Assembly (NCBI GenBank): GCA_963744115.1
Contig: CAVUSI010000002.1
Span: 473,209-537,208, forward strand
Reading direction: 5' to 3'
From: an uncultured Chloroflexia bacterium
GTDB taxonomy: Bacteria > Chloroflexota > Limnocylindria > Limnocylindrales > CSP1-4
DNA length: 64,000 bases
Shown here: in pieces, positions 43,127-52,785 of the stretch
Numbering within the stretch: the first letter of the stretch is position 1
How the letters are laid out: each line of letters begins with the position of its first letter
Program-made: the position numbers and the translations under genes
Notes under the pieces: model-generated
Seen by the model: only the letters and a program-made list of their open reading frames with translations
Told to the model about the DNA's origin: nothing
Database searches by the model: none

Positions 43127-43512
43127 CCGCCGGTCGCCGTCTCGTGTCGTCCGGCGGCCGGTGGGAGGAGACCGGCGGTTACAGCCGCGCGGTGGTGGTC
43201 GGCGATGCGTGCTGGGTCGCCGGCACGACCGACGCCGGGCCCGACGGCCGGTCGCTCCACCCCGACGATCCGGGAGGCCAGGCGCGGGCGGCGCTCGACC
43301 GCATCGAGATCGCGCTCCGGGACGCCGGGTTCGGCCTGGCGGAGGTCGTCCGGACCCGGATGTTCGTGACCTCCGCGGCGTCCGTCCCGGCCGTGTTGGC
43401 GGCTCACGGCGAGCGGTTCCGGTCGATCCGTCCCGCGGCGACCATGGTCGTCGTGGCCGCCCTGATCGAGCCGTCCCTCCTGGTCGAGATCGAGGCCGAC
43501 GCCCACCACTGA
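43123..43512 (+). CDS. RidA/YjgF-family protein
   Basis: GYSRAVVVG...VAGTT, VVRTRMFV, RPAATMVVV...LVEIEADA. Confidence 0.92.
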   Translation: MTAGRRLVSSGGRWEETGGYSRAVVVGDACWVAGTTDAGPDGRSLHPDDPGGQARAALDRIEIALRDAGFGLAEVVRTRMFVTSAASVPAVLAAHGERFRSIRPAATMVVVAALIEPSLLVEIEADAHH

Positions 43513-43517
43513 GCTGT

Positions 43518-43753
43518 GATGCGGCTCGGCGCATCAGCCGCCCCCGCGACGGGGTCCTGCCCCGATGCGGCTCGGCGCATCAGCCGCCCCTGTGTGAGAT
43601 ACGGCGCGCCCAGATCGGCTCCGATGCAGTCTGCTGCATCGGGCGATGAGCCCGGCGCGTGTGCGGCGGACCGGCAACGGACGTGTCCCGTGAGCGACGT
43701 GGCCCGAGTCCGCCATCGCTGAACGCACCACGATCGATGCGGCGAGTCGCATC
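43518..43753. repeat. REP/BIME-like hairpin cluster
   Basis: 27-bp exact direct repeat at 43518-44 and 43564-90, each containing GATGCG-N6-CGCATC; same hairpin at 43736-53; CCGATGCAG-N4-CTGCATCGG at 43621-42. Confidence 0.65.
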
Positions 43754-43808
43754 ACCGGCGGCACCTGCCCTGCCGACCGCCCGCTCGAGCCAGGCGTCCC
43801 GGACCGAG

Positions 43809-44138
43809 CTACGCCCAGCCCAGATACCGAGCGACCGCCACCAGGACGACCGCGGCCGCGAGACCGAAGAACAGGTTGTGGCGCCACCACATGAGCGCCA
43901 TCGAGACAAGCACGGCGAGCCATTCGACACCGACATGGAACGCGGCCCGGTTGTCCGTGGTCACGACCATGACGCTGACGGCGGCGAGCGCGGCCAGGAC
44001 GGCCGGCCCGACCAGCTGCAGGTAGTCGAGTGCCCATCGCGGCAACCGTTCGACGCCGGGCGCGAGCAGGGGCAGCGCCCGCGACGGGTAGGTGACCGCG
44101 CCCATGAGCACCGCCAGGAGCACGAGGTCGGTCGTCAC
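43809..44138 (-). CDS. azlD: AzlD branched-chain amino acid exporter subunit
   Basis: MGAVTYPSRALP...YLQLVGPAVLAAL; overlaps the azlC stop. Confidence 0.85.
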   Translation of the reverse strand: MTTDLVLLAVLMGAVTYPSRALPLLAPGVERLPRWALDYLQLVGPAVLAALAAVSVMVVTTDNRAAFHVGVEWLAVLVSMALMWWRHNLFFGLAAAVVLVAVARYLGWA

Positions 44139-45014
44139 GACGCCGGGTCCGAGGGTTCGTCCGGACGCGTGGCCGGCTCGGGACCAGCGGCCGGCTCGGC
44201 TCCGGCGGCTCGATCCGCCTGCTCGAACGCCGTGTGCGGCACGGCCGGCATGGAGTAGTGCTCGGCGGACGCGCCGGTCCCGATCGGCGCCTCCTCGTGG
44301 GCCGCCGCGCGGGGCACCAGCATCCCGGCGAGCGGGCCGATCACGCCGCCGGCCACGATCCCGACGCCGGTCCCGACCGCGAGGCTGACCACCACACCGA
44401 CGGTCGCGCCGACCGCCGCGGCGACGACCTCCCGGCGCCCGGTGATGAGGCCGACGCACAGGCCGGCCATCGCCGCCGGGAAGACGACGTCCAGGCCAAG
44501 CCGGGATGGGTCGGCGATCTGGCCACCTAGCGTCACCCCGGCCAGCGTCGCCAGGTTCCACGGGATGAAGGTGGCCGCGATCGCCGCGATCCAGTAGCCG
44601 CGCCGGTCGGGGCGGCCGATCCGCCGGAAGTGGGCGATCGACAGGGCGAACGCCTCGTCGGTCAGGACGTGGGCCATCGCCGCCCGCTCTCCGATGGGGC
44701 GGTCCTTCAGCCACGGCGCCAGGGCGGCCGAGTAGAGCAGATGTCGCGCGTTGAGGAGCGCGGTCAGGACGATCACCCCGGGCCACGCCAGGCCGCGCGA
44801 CGACGTAGCCGACCGCGGCGAACTCGGCGGCGCCGGCGAAGACGATGAGGCTCATCGCCATCGCCTCGATCGGCGAGAAGCCAGCCCCGCGAGCCGCCAG
44901 CCCGTAGACGAACCCGAATCCGACCGCCGACACGGCGATCCCCGCCGATTCCTGCCAAAGCTGGCGTCTCGACGCGGCGACGGTCTGGGTCGGTCGAGCG
45001 ACTGGCGGCGTCAT
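44135..45014 (-). CDS. azlC: AzlC exporter subunit, one frameshift
   Basis: GFVYGL, SLIVFAGAAEF, LLNARHLLYS, LTDEAFA. One extra C at ~44790. Confidence 0.85.
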
Positions 45015-45075
45015 CGCCGGATGGTACCGCTGGTTGGCCTACTGACGTAGGCCAACGTGGCGTTGCGGCCCGGAC

Positions 45076-45348
45076 TCAGCGGAGGAACGTCTTGGCGCAG
45101 GTGCCGTCGCAGACCACGAACACGGCGTGCTTCTCGAGCGAGTAGCCCGCCGCGTGGAGGAGCCCCCGACACCCCTTGGTCGGGCATTTCCAGACCCACC
45201 AGCGGTCGTTGGCGTCGAGCGGCGTCGCCTCGGTCGCGATCGTCCCGGCGAGCTCGGGGTGCGCCTCGATCACCGCCGCGACGGCCGCCGCCCGATCGAC
45301 CTCGATCTCGCTCGTGTACGGGTAGTTCTGGCCGACGTTGGACGACAC
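45076..45348 (-). CDS. Small Cys-containing hypothetical protein (90 aa)
   Basis: WWVWKCPTKGCRGLLHAAG...VVCDGTCAKTF; GGGAGG RBS; high GC3. Confidence 0.8.
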   Translation of the reverse strand: MSSNVGQNYPYTSEIEVDRAAAVAAVIEAHPELAGTIATEATPLDANDRWWVWKCPTKGCRGLLHAAGYSLEKHAVFVVCDGTCAKTFLR

Positions 45349-45404
45349 GGATCCCTCCCGGAAGGCGATGGGCGCACGGGGCGAGTATAGGGGAGGGTCC
45401 CGGC

Positions 45405-47060
45405 TCAGTACGTCGCCGGGAGCCCGGCGCTCCTCGGGTCGGTGGCGGCCGCGAGGGTCCCGCCGTCGCCCGGCCCACCGTCCACGATCTCGATCGCGTG
45501 GCAGTGGCCCAGCAGTCCCGAGAACGGGTCCGTGACCGACACGTCGTGGCCGAGGGCGCCGAGGCCCTCGATCAGGCCGGGCGCGAAGCGCGGCTCCACG
45601 CGGACGGCGTCGGGGGGCGCGAAGTGCTCGGCCGGCTCGACGAACCAGCGCGGCATCCCGACGGCGCTCGCCACGTCGACGCTCCCGTCGACGAGCGCCG
45701 AGACCACCTGCGCATGGATCTGCGGCTGGGCGTCGCCGCCCATCGAGCCCACGACGACCCAGGGCCGCCCCTCGCGGAAGAGCATGCCGGGCATGAGGGT
45801 GTGGAGCGTCCGCTTCGAGGCGGCGAGGACGTTCGGGTGGTCGGGATCGAGGCTGAAGAAGGAGCCCCGGTTCTGGTAGGCGATCCCGGTCGCCGGGTCG
45901 ACCACGCCGGAGCCGAACCCCATGTAGTTCGACTCGATGAGGCTGACCGCACTCCCGTCACGGTCGACCACCCCGAGCCAGATCGTCCCGCCGCCGCGCG
46001 GCACCCGGGCCGCCGGCGGCCGTGCCGCGCGCGACGGGTCGATCCGCGCCGCGAGCTCGGCGGCGTAGGGCGCGGAGAGCAGCCGTTCGAGCGGCGCGGC
46101 ATAGACGTCCGGATCGGTCAGGTAGGCGTCGCGGTCGGCCATCGCCAGCTTGGAGGCCTCGATCCCGAGGTGGGTCCAGCGTAGGTCGGCGCCGGCACCG
46201 GGCCCGAACGCGCCGGCGGTCGGCGGCTCGAACCGTTCGAGCACCGACAGGATCTCGAGCGCCACGAACCCCGAGCTGTTGGGCGGATGGCTCGTGACGC
46301 GAACGCCACGGTAGTCGACCCCGATCGGCTCGGTCCACGTGGACGTCTGGGCGGCCAGGTCGTCGAGATCGATGGCGCAACCCGCGTTCGCCAGGGCGCG
46401 CGCCTGGTGCTCGGCGGTCTCGCCGCTGTAGAACTCGTCCCAGCCCTGGTCGGCGATCCGCGTCAGCGTCGCGGCGAGGGCCGGCAGCCGGACGCGCTCG
46501 CCGGGTCGCCATGGCCGCCCGTGCGGGCGATAGACGGTGAACCACGCTGCGTCGGATCCGAGCGCCGGCCCGAGGACTCGGGCCCCCGACTCGACCGCCG
46601 AGATGAACCCGTCCCAGGCGGCGAATCCGTCCCGGGCGAGCTCGATCGCCGAGGCGAGCAGCGCTGCCCTGGGCAGTCGCCCGTAGCGGTCGTGAGCGTC
46701 GCCCCATGAGCGCACGGCGCCGGGTACGGTGATGGTCGCCCCGCCGCGCATCGGCAGCCGCTCGAGCCCAGCCCGGCGGAGTGCCGCGACGTCGACCCGA
46801 GCCGATGACCGTCCCGAGCCGTTGAGCGCCACCTCACGAGCTTCCGCGGCATCCCAGACGAGCCAGAAGGCGTCGCCACCGATGCCGCAGGCGCTGCCCA
46901 TGACGACCGCCAGGACCGCGTTGGCCGCGATCGCGGCATCGACCGCCGATCCGCCGCCACGGAGGATCGCCAGGCCCGCCTCGCTCGCGAGGTGATGCGG
47001 TGCGACCACCGCTCCGTGCGTGCCTCGAGCCAGCGGGATCGGAGCGAGCGGTCGAGTCAC
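45405..47060 (-). CDS. ggt: Gamma-glutamyltransferase family (Ntn hydrolase)
   Basis: GGSAVDAA, GIGGDAF, TVPG, PPNSSG, GTIW, LHTLMP, GSMGGDAQPQ, DPRS. Confidence 0.93.
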   Translation of the reverse strand: MTRPLAPIPLARGTHGAVVAPHHLASEAGLAILRGGGSAVDAAIAANAVLAVVMGSACGIGGDAFWLVWDAAEAREVALNGSGRSSARVDVAALRRAGLERLPMRGGATITVPGAVRSWGDAHDRYGRLPRAALLASAIELARDGFAAWDGFISAVESGARVLGPALGSDAAWFTVYRPHGRPWRPGERVRLPALAATLTRIADQGWDEFYSGETAEHQARALANAGCAIDLDDLAAQTSTWTEPIGVDYRGVRVTSHPPNSSGFVALEILSVLERFEPPTAGAFGPGAGADLRWTHLGIEASKLAMADRDAYLTDPDVYAAPLERLLSAPYAAELAARIDPSRAARPPAARVPRGGGTIWLGVVDRDGSAVSLIESNYMGFGSGVVDPATGIAYQNRGSFFSLDPDHPNVLAASKRTLHTLMPGMLFREGRPWVVVGSMGGDAQPQIHAQVVSALVDGSVDVASAVGMPRWFVEPAEHFAPPDAVRVEPRFAPGLIEGLGALGHDVSVTDPFSGLLGHCHAIEIVDGGPGDGGTLAAATDPRSAGLPATY

Positions 47061-47109
47061 GCCGCTGAGTCTAGACGGGGCGCCATCGGCGCAGGGTACC
47101 CTTCCGGTC

Positions 47110-48447
47110 GTGCAGACCGCCCCCGATCACGGCCGCCAGACGGGCCTCGTCCACCTGATCGTCGGCGACGTCCCGCGCTCGCTGATGGCCGTCCTGGCCG
47201 GCACGTTCACGCTCCGCTTCAGCACCGGCCTGACCGGCGGCCTGCTCATCTACTACCTCGCCCATCCAGAGCACGGGGCCCCGGTCGTCGACGCCGCCCA
47301 GCTCGGCTTGCTGATGGCGGCGTTCTACGTCTCCGAGCTCGTCCTCGCCCCGCCGTTCGGGCTCCTGTCCGACCGCTGGGGCCATCACCGGGTCATGCAG
47401 TTCGGCCCGCTGTTCGGCCTCGTGGCGGTCATCCTCACCTATCTCGCGAGCAACGTCGTGCTGCTCGGGGCGACGCGCATCCTGGAGGGTGCTTCGACCG
47501 CGGCGTCGGTCCCGTCGATCCTCGGCTTCATCGCGGTCATCACCGCGAGCGACGAGCTGCTGCGGGGCCGCGCCGCGTCCCGATTCGAAGGCGCCACGCT
47601 GGCCGGCCTCGGTGCCGGTCTCGTCGCCGCCGGCCCGGTCTGGGAGCTCCTCCACCGGCAGGGGTTCCTGCTCAACGCCGGGGTCTACTTCGTCTCCTAT
47701 CTCATCTACCGGTTCGGCGTCCCGGAGACGCCCGCCGGCCATGCGCCCGGAGCCGAGCGCCCGCCCGGCTTCCACCGCTACCTCGAGATCCTGCGCAGCT
47801 CGCACGTCTGGCTGCTGGCGCCGACCTGGATCGCCCTGAACGCGGCGATCGGCCTGTGGACGACCCAGTCGCTCTTCCAGCTGGTCAAGGAGCCGCTCCC
47901 GAAGTTCGCCGACCAGTACCTGATGGGCCGGGTGGACCCGCTCCAGGTCAGCCTGGGCCTGGTCGCCGCCGGCGTCGTCTTCTTCGCCGGCCTGGCGTTC
48001 TGGGGCGAGCGCTTCCGGACGATGCGCCGGACCTCGATCCTGTTCTACGGGATCCTCGGCGGGGCGGCCGTTGTCGCGGCGGTCGCGGTCATCAATCACA
48101 GCGGGGACCTCGGCCCGCTCGTCCGCATCGCGGCGGGCGCGGTCGCGGTCGCCGGCCTGTTCGTGCTGGCCGGCGCGACCCCCGCCGCGCTCGGGATGCT
48201 GGCCGACATCTCCGAGGCGTTCCCGGCCGACCGGGGGGCGATCATGGGTCTCTACTCCGTGTTCCTGGCCCTGGGCCAGATCATCGGCAGCCTCATCGGC
48301 GGGGTCGCGGCCGACTGGCGGGGGATCGACGGCATCATCGTGGCGACCGGCCTGGCCCTCGTGATCGCGCTCATCCCGCTCGGTCGCTTGCGCGCGGTCG
48401 AACACCTCATCGGCACGGCCGGCACGCCGGCGCCGGCGACCGACTGA
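47110..48447 (+). CDS. MFS transporter
   Basis: FGLLSDRWGHHR motif A; about 12 TM segments; TACCCT 7 nt before GTG 47110. Confidence 0.88.
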   Translation: MQTAPDHGRQTGLVHLIVGDVPRSLMAVLAGTFTLRFSTGLTGGLLIYYLAHPEHGAPVVDAAQLGLLMAAFYVSELVLAPPFGLLSDRWGHHRVMQFGPLFGLVAVILTYLASNVVLLGATRILEGASTAASVPSILGFIAVITASDELLRGRAASRFEGATLAGLGAGLVAAGPVWELLHRQGFLLNAGVYFVSYLIYRFGVPETPAGHAPGAERPPGFHRYLEILRSSHVWLLAPTWIALNAAIGLWTTQSLFQLVKEPLPKFADQYLMGRVDPLQVSLGLVAAGVVFFAGLAFWGERFRTMRRTSILFYGILGGAAVVAAVAVINHSGDLGPLVRIAAGAVAVAGLFVLAGATPAALGMLADISEAFPADRGAIMGLYSVFLALGQIIGSLIGGVAADWRGIDGIIVATGLALVIALIPLGRLRAVEHLIGTAGTPAPATD

Positions 48448-48509
48448 CGACCCGCGCCGCCCGTCGCCGACCGTATCATCGACGCCACCCAGGAGGAGGG
48501 TCCCGTCCC

Positions 48510-49367
48510 GTGACTCGCGTCGCGATCGTCACCGACTCGGCCGCCGACATCGATCCGGAGGTCGCCGACACGGCCGGCGTCATCGTCGTGCCGCTCATCG
48601 TCAGCTTCGGCCAGGACAGCTATCGCGCGGGTGTCGAGCTGTCGACCGAGGCGTTCTGGGAGCGGATGGTCGCCCCGGATGCCCCGTTCCCGACAACGGC
48701 CGCATCGAGCCCCGGCGTGTTCAAGGACGCCTTCGAAGCGGCGTTCGCGAGCGGCGCCGAGGCCGTCGTCTGCATCACGGTCGGTTCGAAGCTGTCGGGT
48801 ACGCACAAGAGCGCCCAGGTCGCGCTGGAGCTTCTGCCCGAGCGGGAGATCCACCTCGTTGACTCGAAGAGCGCATCGATGGGCCAAGGCCTGCTCGTCC
48901 TCCTGGCCGCGGAGCTCGCCGCGACCGGCGTACCCGCGGACGGCATCGCCCGGACGATCGAGGGCCGCGCCGACGACATCCTGGTCGTGGTCTGCCTGGA
49001 TACGCTCGACTACCTCAAGAAGGGCGGCCGGATCAGCGGGCCGCAGGCGGCCATCGGCTCGCTCCTCGGCATCAAGCCGATCATCTCGGTGGACGACGGT
49101 GTGGTCGACACCGTCGACAAGGTCCGGACGCGGACGAAAGCCCGCGCCCGCGCGATCGACTTCATCATGTCCGACCCGGTCGAGCGCCTCAGCGTGCTCC
49201 ACACGATCAGCCCCGACGTCGACGCGTTCCGGGCCGAGCTCGTCGCCCGGGCGCCCGGCGGGATCGACCCTTCCCGGGTGTCCACCGAGCTGGTCGGATC
49301 GTCGGTCGGTCCGCACCTCGGACCGGGCGCGGTCGGCGCCGCTGTCCTGAGGAAGCGCCCGACCTGA
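48510..49367 (+). CDS. DegV-family fatty-acid-binding protein
   Basis: IVTDSAAD, VPLIV, SSP, SKLSGT, DSKSASMGQG, YLKKGGRI, IKPII, HLGPGA. Confidence 0.95.
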   Translation: MTRVAIVTDSAADIDPEVADTAGVIVVPLIVSFGQDSYRAGVELSTEAFWERMVAPDAPFPTTAASSPGVFKDAFEAAFASGAEAVVCITVGSKLSGTHKSAQVALELLPEREIHLVDSKSASMGQGLLVLLAAELAATGVPADGIARTIEGRADDILVVVCLDTLDYLKKGGRISGPQAAIGSLLGIKPIISVDDGVVDTVDKVRTRTKARARAIDFIMSDPVERLSVLHTISPDVDAFRAELVARAPGGIDPSRVSTELVGSSVGPHLGPGAVGAAVLRKRPT

Positions 49368-49416
49368 GCCCATCCGCTCCGGGATGGCATGGGCCGAACG
49401 GCCTATGGACGGCACT

Positions 49417-49479
49417 GCAACCAGTCCGCAACGTGGTGGCAACCGGACCGCGACGAGCGTCGCGGATGGCAGATATACT
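49417..49479 (+). promoter_or_regulatory. gdhA promoter: three GCAAC boxes at 11-bp pitch, a palindrome and a -10 box
   Basis: GCAAC at 49417, 49428 and 49439; CCGCGACG-AG-CGTCGCGG at 49448-65; TATACT at 49474-79. Confidence 0.55.
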
Positions 49480-49607
49480 CGCCGGTGACTGAACCACGCG
49501 CCGCGGCCGCCCTCCGGGCGGGATCGGGGCGCTTCCCGTGGGGTCGTCCGGGAGACGACTCAGAACTCGGCCGATCGACGCGACGGCCGGACGGAGGACC
49601 ACTCTCG

Positions 49608-50873
49608 ATGACCACCGAACAAGCCGCTGGGCCGATCAACCCATGGTCGGTCGCGCAGCAACAGTTCGATCTTGCCGCTGAACGGCTCAATCTCGACCCG
49701 GGCCTGCGCAAGGTCCTGCGCGAGCCGCGCCGCGAGCTGATCGTCCACTTCCCGGTGAAGATGGACGACGGCAACGTCCAGGTCTTCACCGGCTACCGCG
49801 TCCAGCACAATCTCGGCCGCGGCCCGGCCAAGGGCGGCATCCGCTACCACCAGGACGTCAGCCTCGACGAGGTCAAGGCCCTCGCGATGTGGATGACCTG
49901 GAAGTGCGCGGTCGTCGGCATCCCGTTCGGCGGCGGCAAGGGCGGCGTGGTCGTCGACCCGAAGAAGCTGTCGATCAAGGAGCTCGAGGGTCTGACCCGG
50001 CGCTACGCCACCGAGATCAGCATCATCATCGGGCCCGAGAAGGACATCCCGGCGCCGGACGTGAACACGAACGCCCAGACGATGGCCTGGATCATGGACA
50101 CCTACTCGATGCACGTCGGGTACACCGTCCCCGGGGTCATCACCGGCAAGCCGATCGCGCTCGGTGGGTCGGAAGGCCGCAACGAGGCCACCGCCCGCGG
50201 CGCGGTCTACTGCATCGTCGAGGCCGCCTCCCACCTGGGGCTCGACCTCAAGACCGCCACGGTCGCCGTCCAGGGCTTCGGCAACGCCGGCTCGATCGCG
50301 GCGCGACTCATCCGGGACGAAGGTGCGACGGTCGTCGCCGTGAGCGACTCGACCGGCGGGATCCACAACCCGGCCGGCCTCGATGTCGATCGGATCATCG
50401 CCTGGAAGAAGGAGCACGGCACCGTCCAGGGGTTCCCCGGCACCACGGACATCACCAACGCCGAGATCCTCGAGATCGACTGCGACGTCCTCATCCCGGC
50501 CGCCCTGGAGAACCAGATCACGGCGCGCAACGCGGGGAACATCAAGGCGAAGGTCGTCGCCGAGGCAGCCAACGGTCCGACGACGCCCGAGGCGGATGAC
50601 ATCCTCCACGCCAACGGCGTGTTCTCGATCCCGGACATCCTGTGCAACGCCGGCGGCGTCACGGTCAGCTACTTCGAATGGGTCCAGGACCTCAACCGCG
50701 ACTTCTGGAACGAGGCCGAGGTCAACGAGAAGCTCAAGGGGATCATGATCAAGGCGTTCAAGGACACCTTGATGATGTCCCTCAAGGAAGGCGTCAACAT
50801 GCGGACGGCGGCCTACCTGCTGGCGGTCCAGCGGGTGGCCGACGCCACCGCCATGCGCGGTCTCTACCCGTAG
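49608..50873 (+). CDS. gdhA: Glu/Leu/Phe/Val dehydrogenase (glutamate dehydrogenase)
   Basis: GPAKGGIRY, MTWKC, GGGKGG, DIPAPDV, VQGFGNAG, EAANGP, SYFEWVQ. Confidence 0.95.
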   Translation: MTTEQAAGPINPWSVAQQQFDLAAERLNLDPGLRKVLREPRRELIVHFPVKMDDGNVQVFTGYRVQHNLGRGPAKGGIRYHQDVSLDEVKALAMWMTWKCAVVGIPFGGGKGGVVVDPKKLSIKELEGLTRRYATEISIIIGPEKDIPAPDVNTNAQTMAWIMDTYSMHVGYTVPGVITGKPIALGGSEGRNEATARGAVYCIVEAASHLGLDLKTATVAVQGFGNAGSIAARLIRDEGATVVAVSDSTGGIHNPAGLDVDRIIAWKKEHGTVQGFPGTTDITNAEILEIDCDVLIPAALENQITARNAGNIKAKVVAEAANGPTTPEADDILHANGVFSIPDILCNAGGVTVSYFEWVQDLNRDFWNEAEVNEKLKGIMIKAFKDTLMMSLKEGVNMRTAAYLLAVQRVADATAMRGLYP

Positions 50874-50899
50874 GTCGCGCCCCGATCAACGCGTGGGAG

Positions 50900-50930
50900 G
50901 AAGCCCCCGGCCGATCCGGCCGGGGGCTTC
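50900..50930 (+). terminator. 14-bp-stem hairpin after gdhA
   Basis: GAAGCCCCCGGCCG-ATC-CGGCCGGGGGCTTC. Confidence 0.8.
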
Positions 50931-51015
50931 GACCATCCCGGGGCGGTGCGCCGGAGCCACCGGATCTCCGGCCGGCCCGGCCGAGGCGGCGTCGCCGCGG
51001 TGTACCATCGAGCCC

Positions 51016-51618
51016 ATGCTCGACCACGAAGAGAAGTTCCTGTTCAAGGAGGAGATCCTCCACCTGGCGAACGCGGTGGGGGAGACCGGGATCCTCGACA
51101 ACGTCGAGGACCTGCTCACCGACGTCATCACCAGTCCGCGCTTCGATTCCGAGGTGTTCACCCTCGAGCGAAGCCTCCAGGTGATGCTCGGGGCGCGAGC
51201 CGGAACGACGCTCGTCGGGCTGCTGACGGTCGCCCCCGAGGTGTTCGAGGAGGTCGCCGACGTCAACATCCCGTCGGAGGTCCACGAGCGGCTCGTCGCC
51301 TGGCGCGCCCGCTTCGGCCTGGCCATCGACAACGCGCTGAACTTCCTCAACAACCCGGACGGGATCCAGGGTCACAACTTCGCGACGCAGGTCGCCCACG
51401 TCGAGGATCGCCGGGTGCTCCAGGGTCGATTGACCCTCGTCCGCTACAACAACGAGCCGCAGTTCTTCGTTGCCGACGGGAGCGTCTACCTGGCGCTGAT
51501 CGCCGATGTGATGGAGCGGCTCGGACCGTACCTGGAGCCGGATACCGTCGACGCGGAGACGCTGACGCGCCTGCGCGACGCCGTCCAGCTGATCGAGCGC
51601 CGAACCACCCGACCCTGA
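51016..51618 (+). CDS. Hypothetical protein (200 aa)
   Basis: Strong GC3 bias; TACCAT 7 nt upstream of the ATG; no motif recognised. Confidence 0.8.
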   Translation: MLDHEEKFLFKEEILHLANAVGETGILDNVEDLLTDVITSPRFDSEVFTLERSLQVMLGARAGTTLVGLLTVAPEVFEEVADVNIPSEVHERLVAWRARFGLAIDNALNFLNNPDGIQGHNFATQVAHVEDRRVLQGRLTLVRYNNEPQFFVADGSVYLALIADVMERLGPYLEPDTVDAETLTRLRDAVQLIERRTTRP

Positions 51619-51630
51619 CAGGCGATCTCG

Positions 51631-52710
51631 GTGCGCCACCTCTACCTGGCGGCGACGGGTCAGAACCGGGGCAAGACCACGGCCAGCCTCGGCCTGTTCG
51701 ACCTCCTCGTCCGGCACGGGCTCGACGCCGGGTTCATGAAGCCGGTCGGCCAGCGGACGGTCATCGAGGACGGGGTCTCGGCCGACGAGGACGCGGTCCT
51801 GATGCGGGAGGTCTTCGGACTGACCGACCCGATGCCGGTGATGAGCCCGGTCCACATCCCGCGCGGGTTCACCAAGGCGTACATCAACGGCGAGGTGGTC
51901 GAGGACCTCGGGGCCCGCGTCCGGACCGCCTACGCCGAGCTCGCCGAGCGGCATGAGATCGTCCTGATCGAGGGGACCGGGCACGCCGGGGTCGGTGCGG
52001 TCATCGGCCTGTCGAATGCGGTGGTCGCGTCCATGCTCGGGGCGCCGGCGATCATCGTCAGCGAGGGCGGCGTGGGACGTCCGATCGACGAGATCGTCCT
52101 GAACGCCTCTCACTTCGCATCGCTCGGGGTCGAGGTGGCCGGCGCCATCGTCAACAAGGTCGACCTCGACGCCCAGCCGGGGCTCGTCCGGATCCTCGAG
52201 CGCGGGCTCGAGCTCCACGGGATCCCGCTCCTCGGCGTCCTGCCGTACCGGCCGATCCTGTCCAACCCGACCCTCGGGATGGTCCTCGCCGGTGTCCACG
52301 GCGAGACGCTCCACCCCGGGCCCGACCTCGAGCGGGTCATCGACAGCGTGGCGATCGGCGCGATGGAGCCGGTCCACATGCTCGAGCGGATCGGGCCAGG
52401 GACGCTGGTCATCGTTCCCGGGGACCGCGCCGACGCCATCCTCCGCCTGACCGCCGCGCACAGCTCGGCGGGGGTGACGGCGGGCCTCGTCCTGACCGGC
52501 GGCTACCGTCCGAGCGACACCGTCATCGACGAGATCCGCTGGGCGAACCTGTTCGCGACCCTTGTCGCGGAGGACACCTACGCGGTCGCCTCGGAGGTCC
52601 ACGACCTGCTCGTCAAGACGCACGCCGGTGATGCGGAGAAGATCGCCATGATCAAGGCGCTGGTCGCCGAGCACCTCGACCTCGAACGGATCCTCGCCGT
52701 CGCCCGATGA
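51631..52710 (+). CDS. Stand-alone phosphotransacetylase N-terminal region (BioD-like AAA_26 plus DRTGG)
   Basis: GQNRGKTT, FMKPVG, LIEGTG, NKV, IVPGDRAD. Confidence 0.88.
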   Translation: MRHLYLAATGQNRGKTTASLGLFDLLVRHGLDAGFMKPVGQRTVIEDGVSADEDAVLMREVFGLTDPMPVMSPVHIPRGFTKAYINGEVVEDLGARVRTAYAELAERHEIVLIEGTGHAGVGAVIGLSNAVVASMLGAPAIIVSEGGVGRPIDEIVLNASHFASLGVEVAGAIVNKVDLDAQPGLVRILERGLELHGIPLLGVLPYRPILSNPTLGMVLAGVHGETLHPGPDLERVIDSVAIGAMEPVHMLERIGPGTLVIVPGDRADAILRLTAAHSSAGVTAGLVLTGGYRPSDTVIDEIRWANLFATLVAEDTYAVASEVHDLLVKTHAGDAEKIAMIKALVAEHLDLERILAVAR

Positions 52711-52785
52711 CGGAGCGCGCACAGGACGCGCCGGGCGCACACGGGCACAGGCCGCACACGGGCGCACGGACGCCTCGCCGACGGG

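Noticed and set aside
43518-43590. Two 27-bp palindromic direct repeats as a mini-CRISPR
   Set aside because: Only two copies, a 19-bp spacer and no cas genes in the window; better explained as REP-like hairpins.
52708-52785. GCACACGGGC-like short repeats between convergent genes
   Set aside because: Low-complexity and irregular, with no clear structure.
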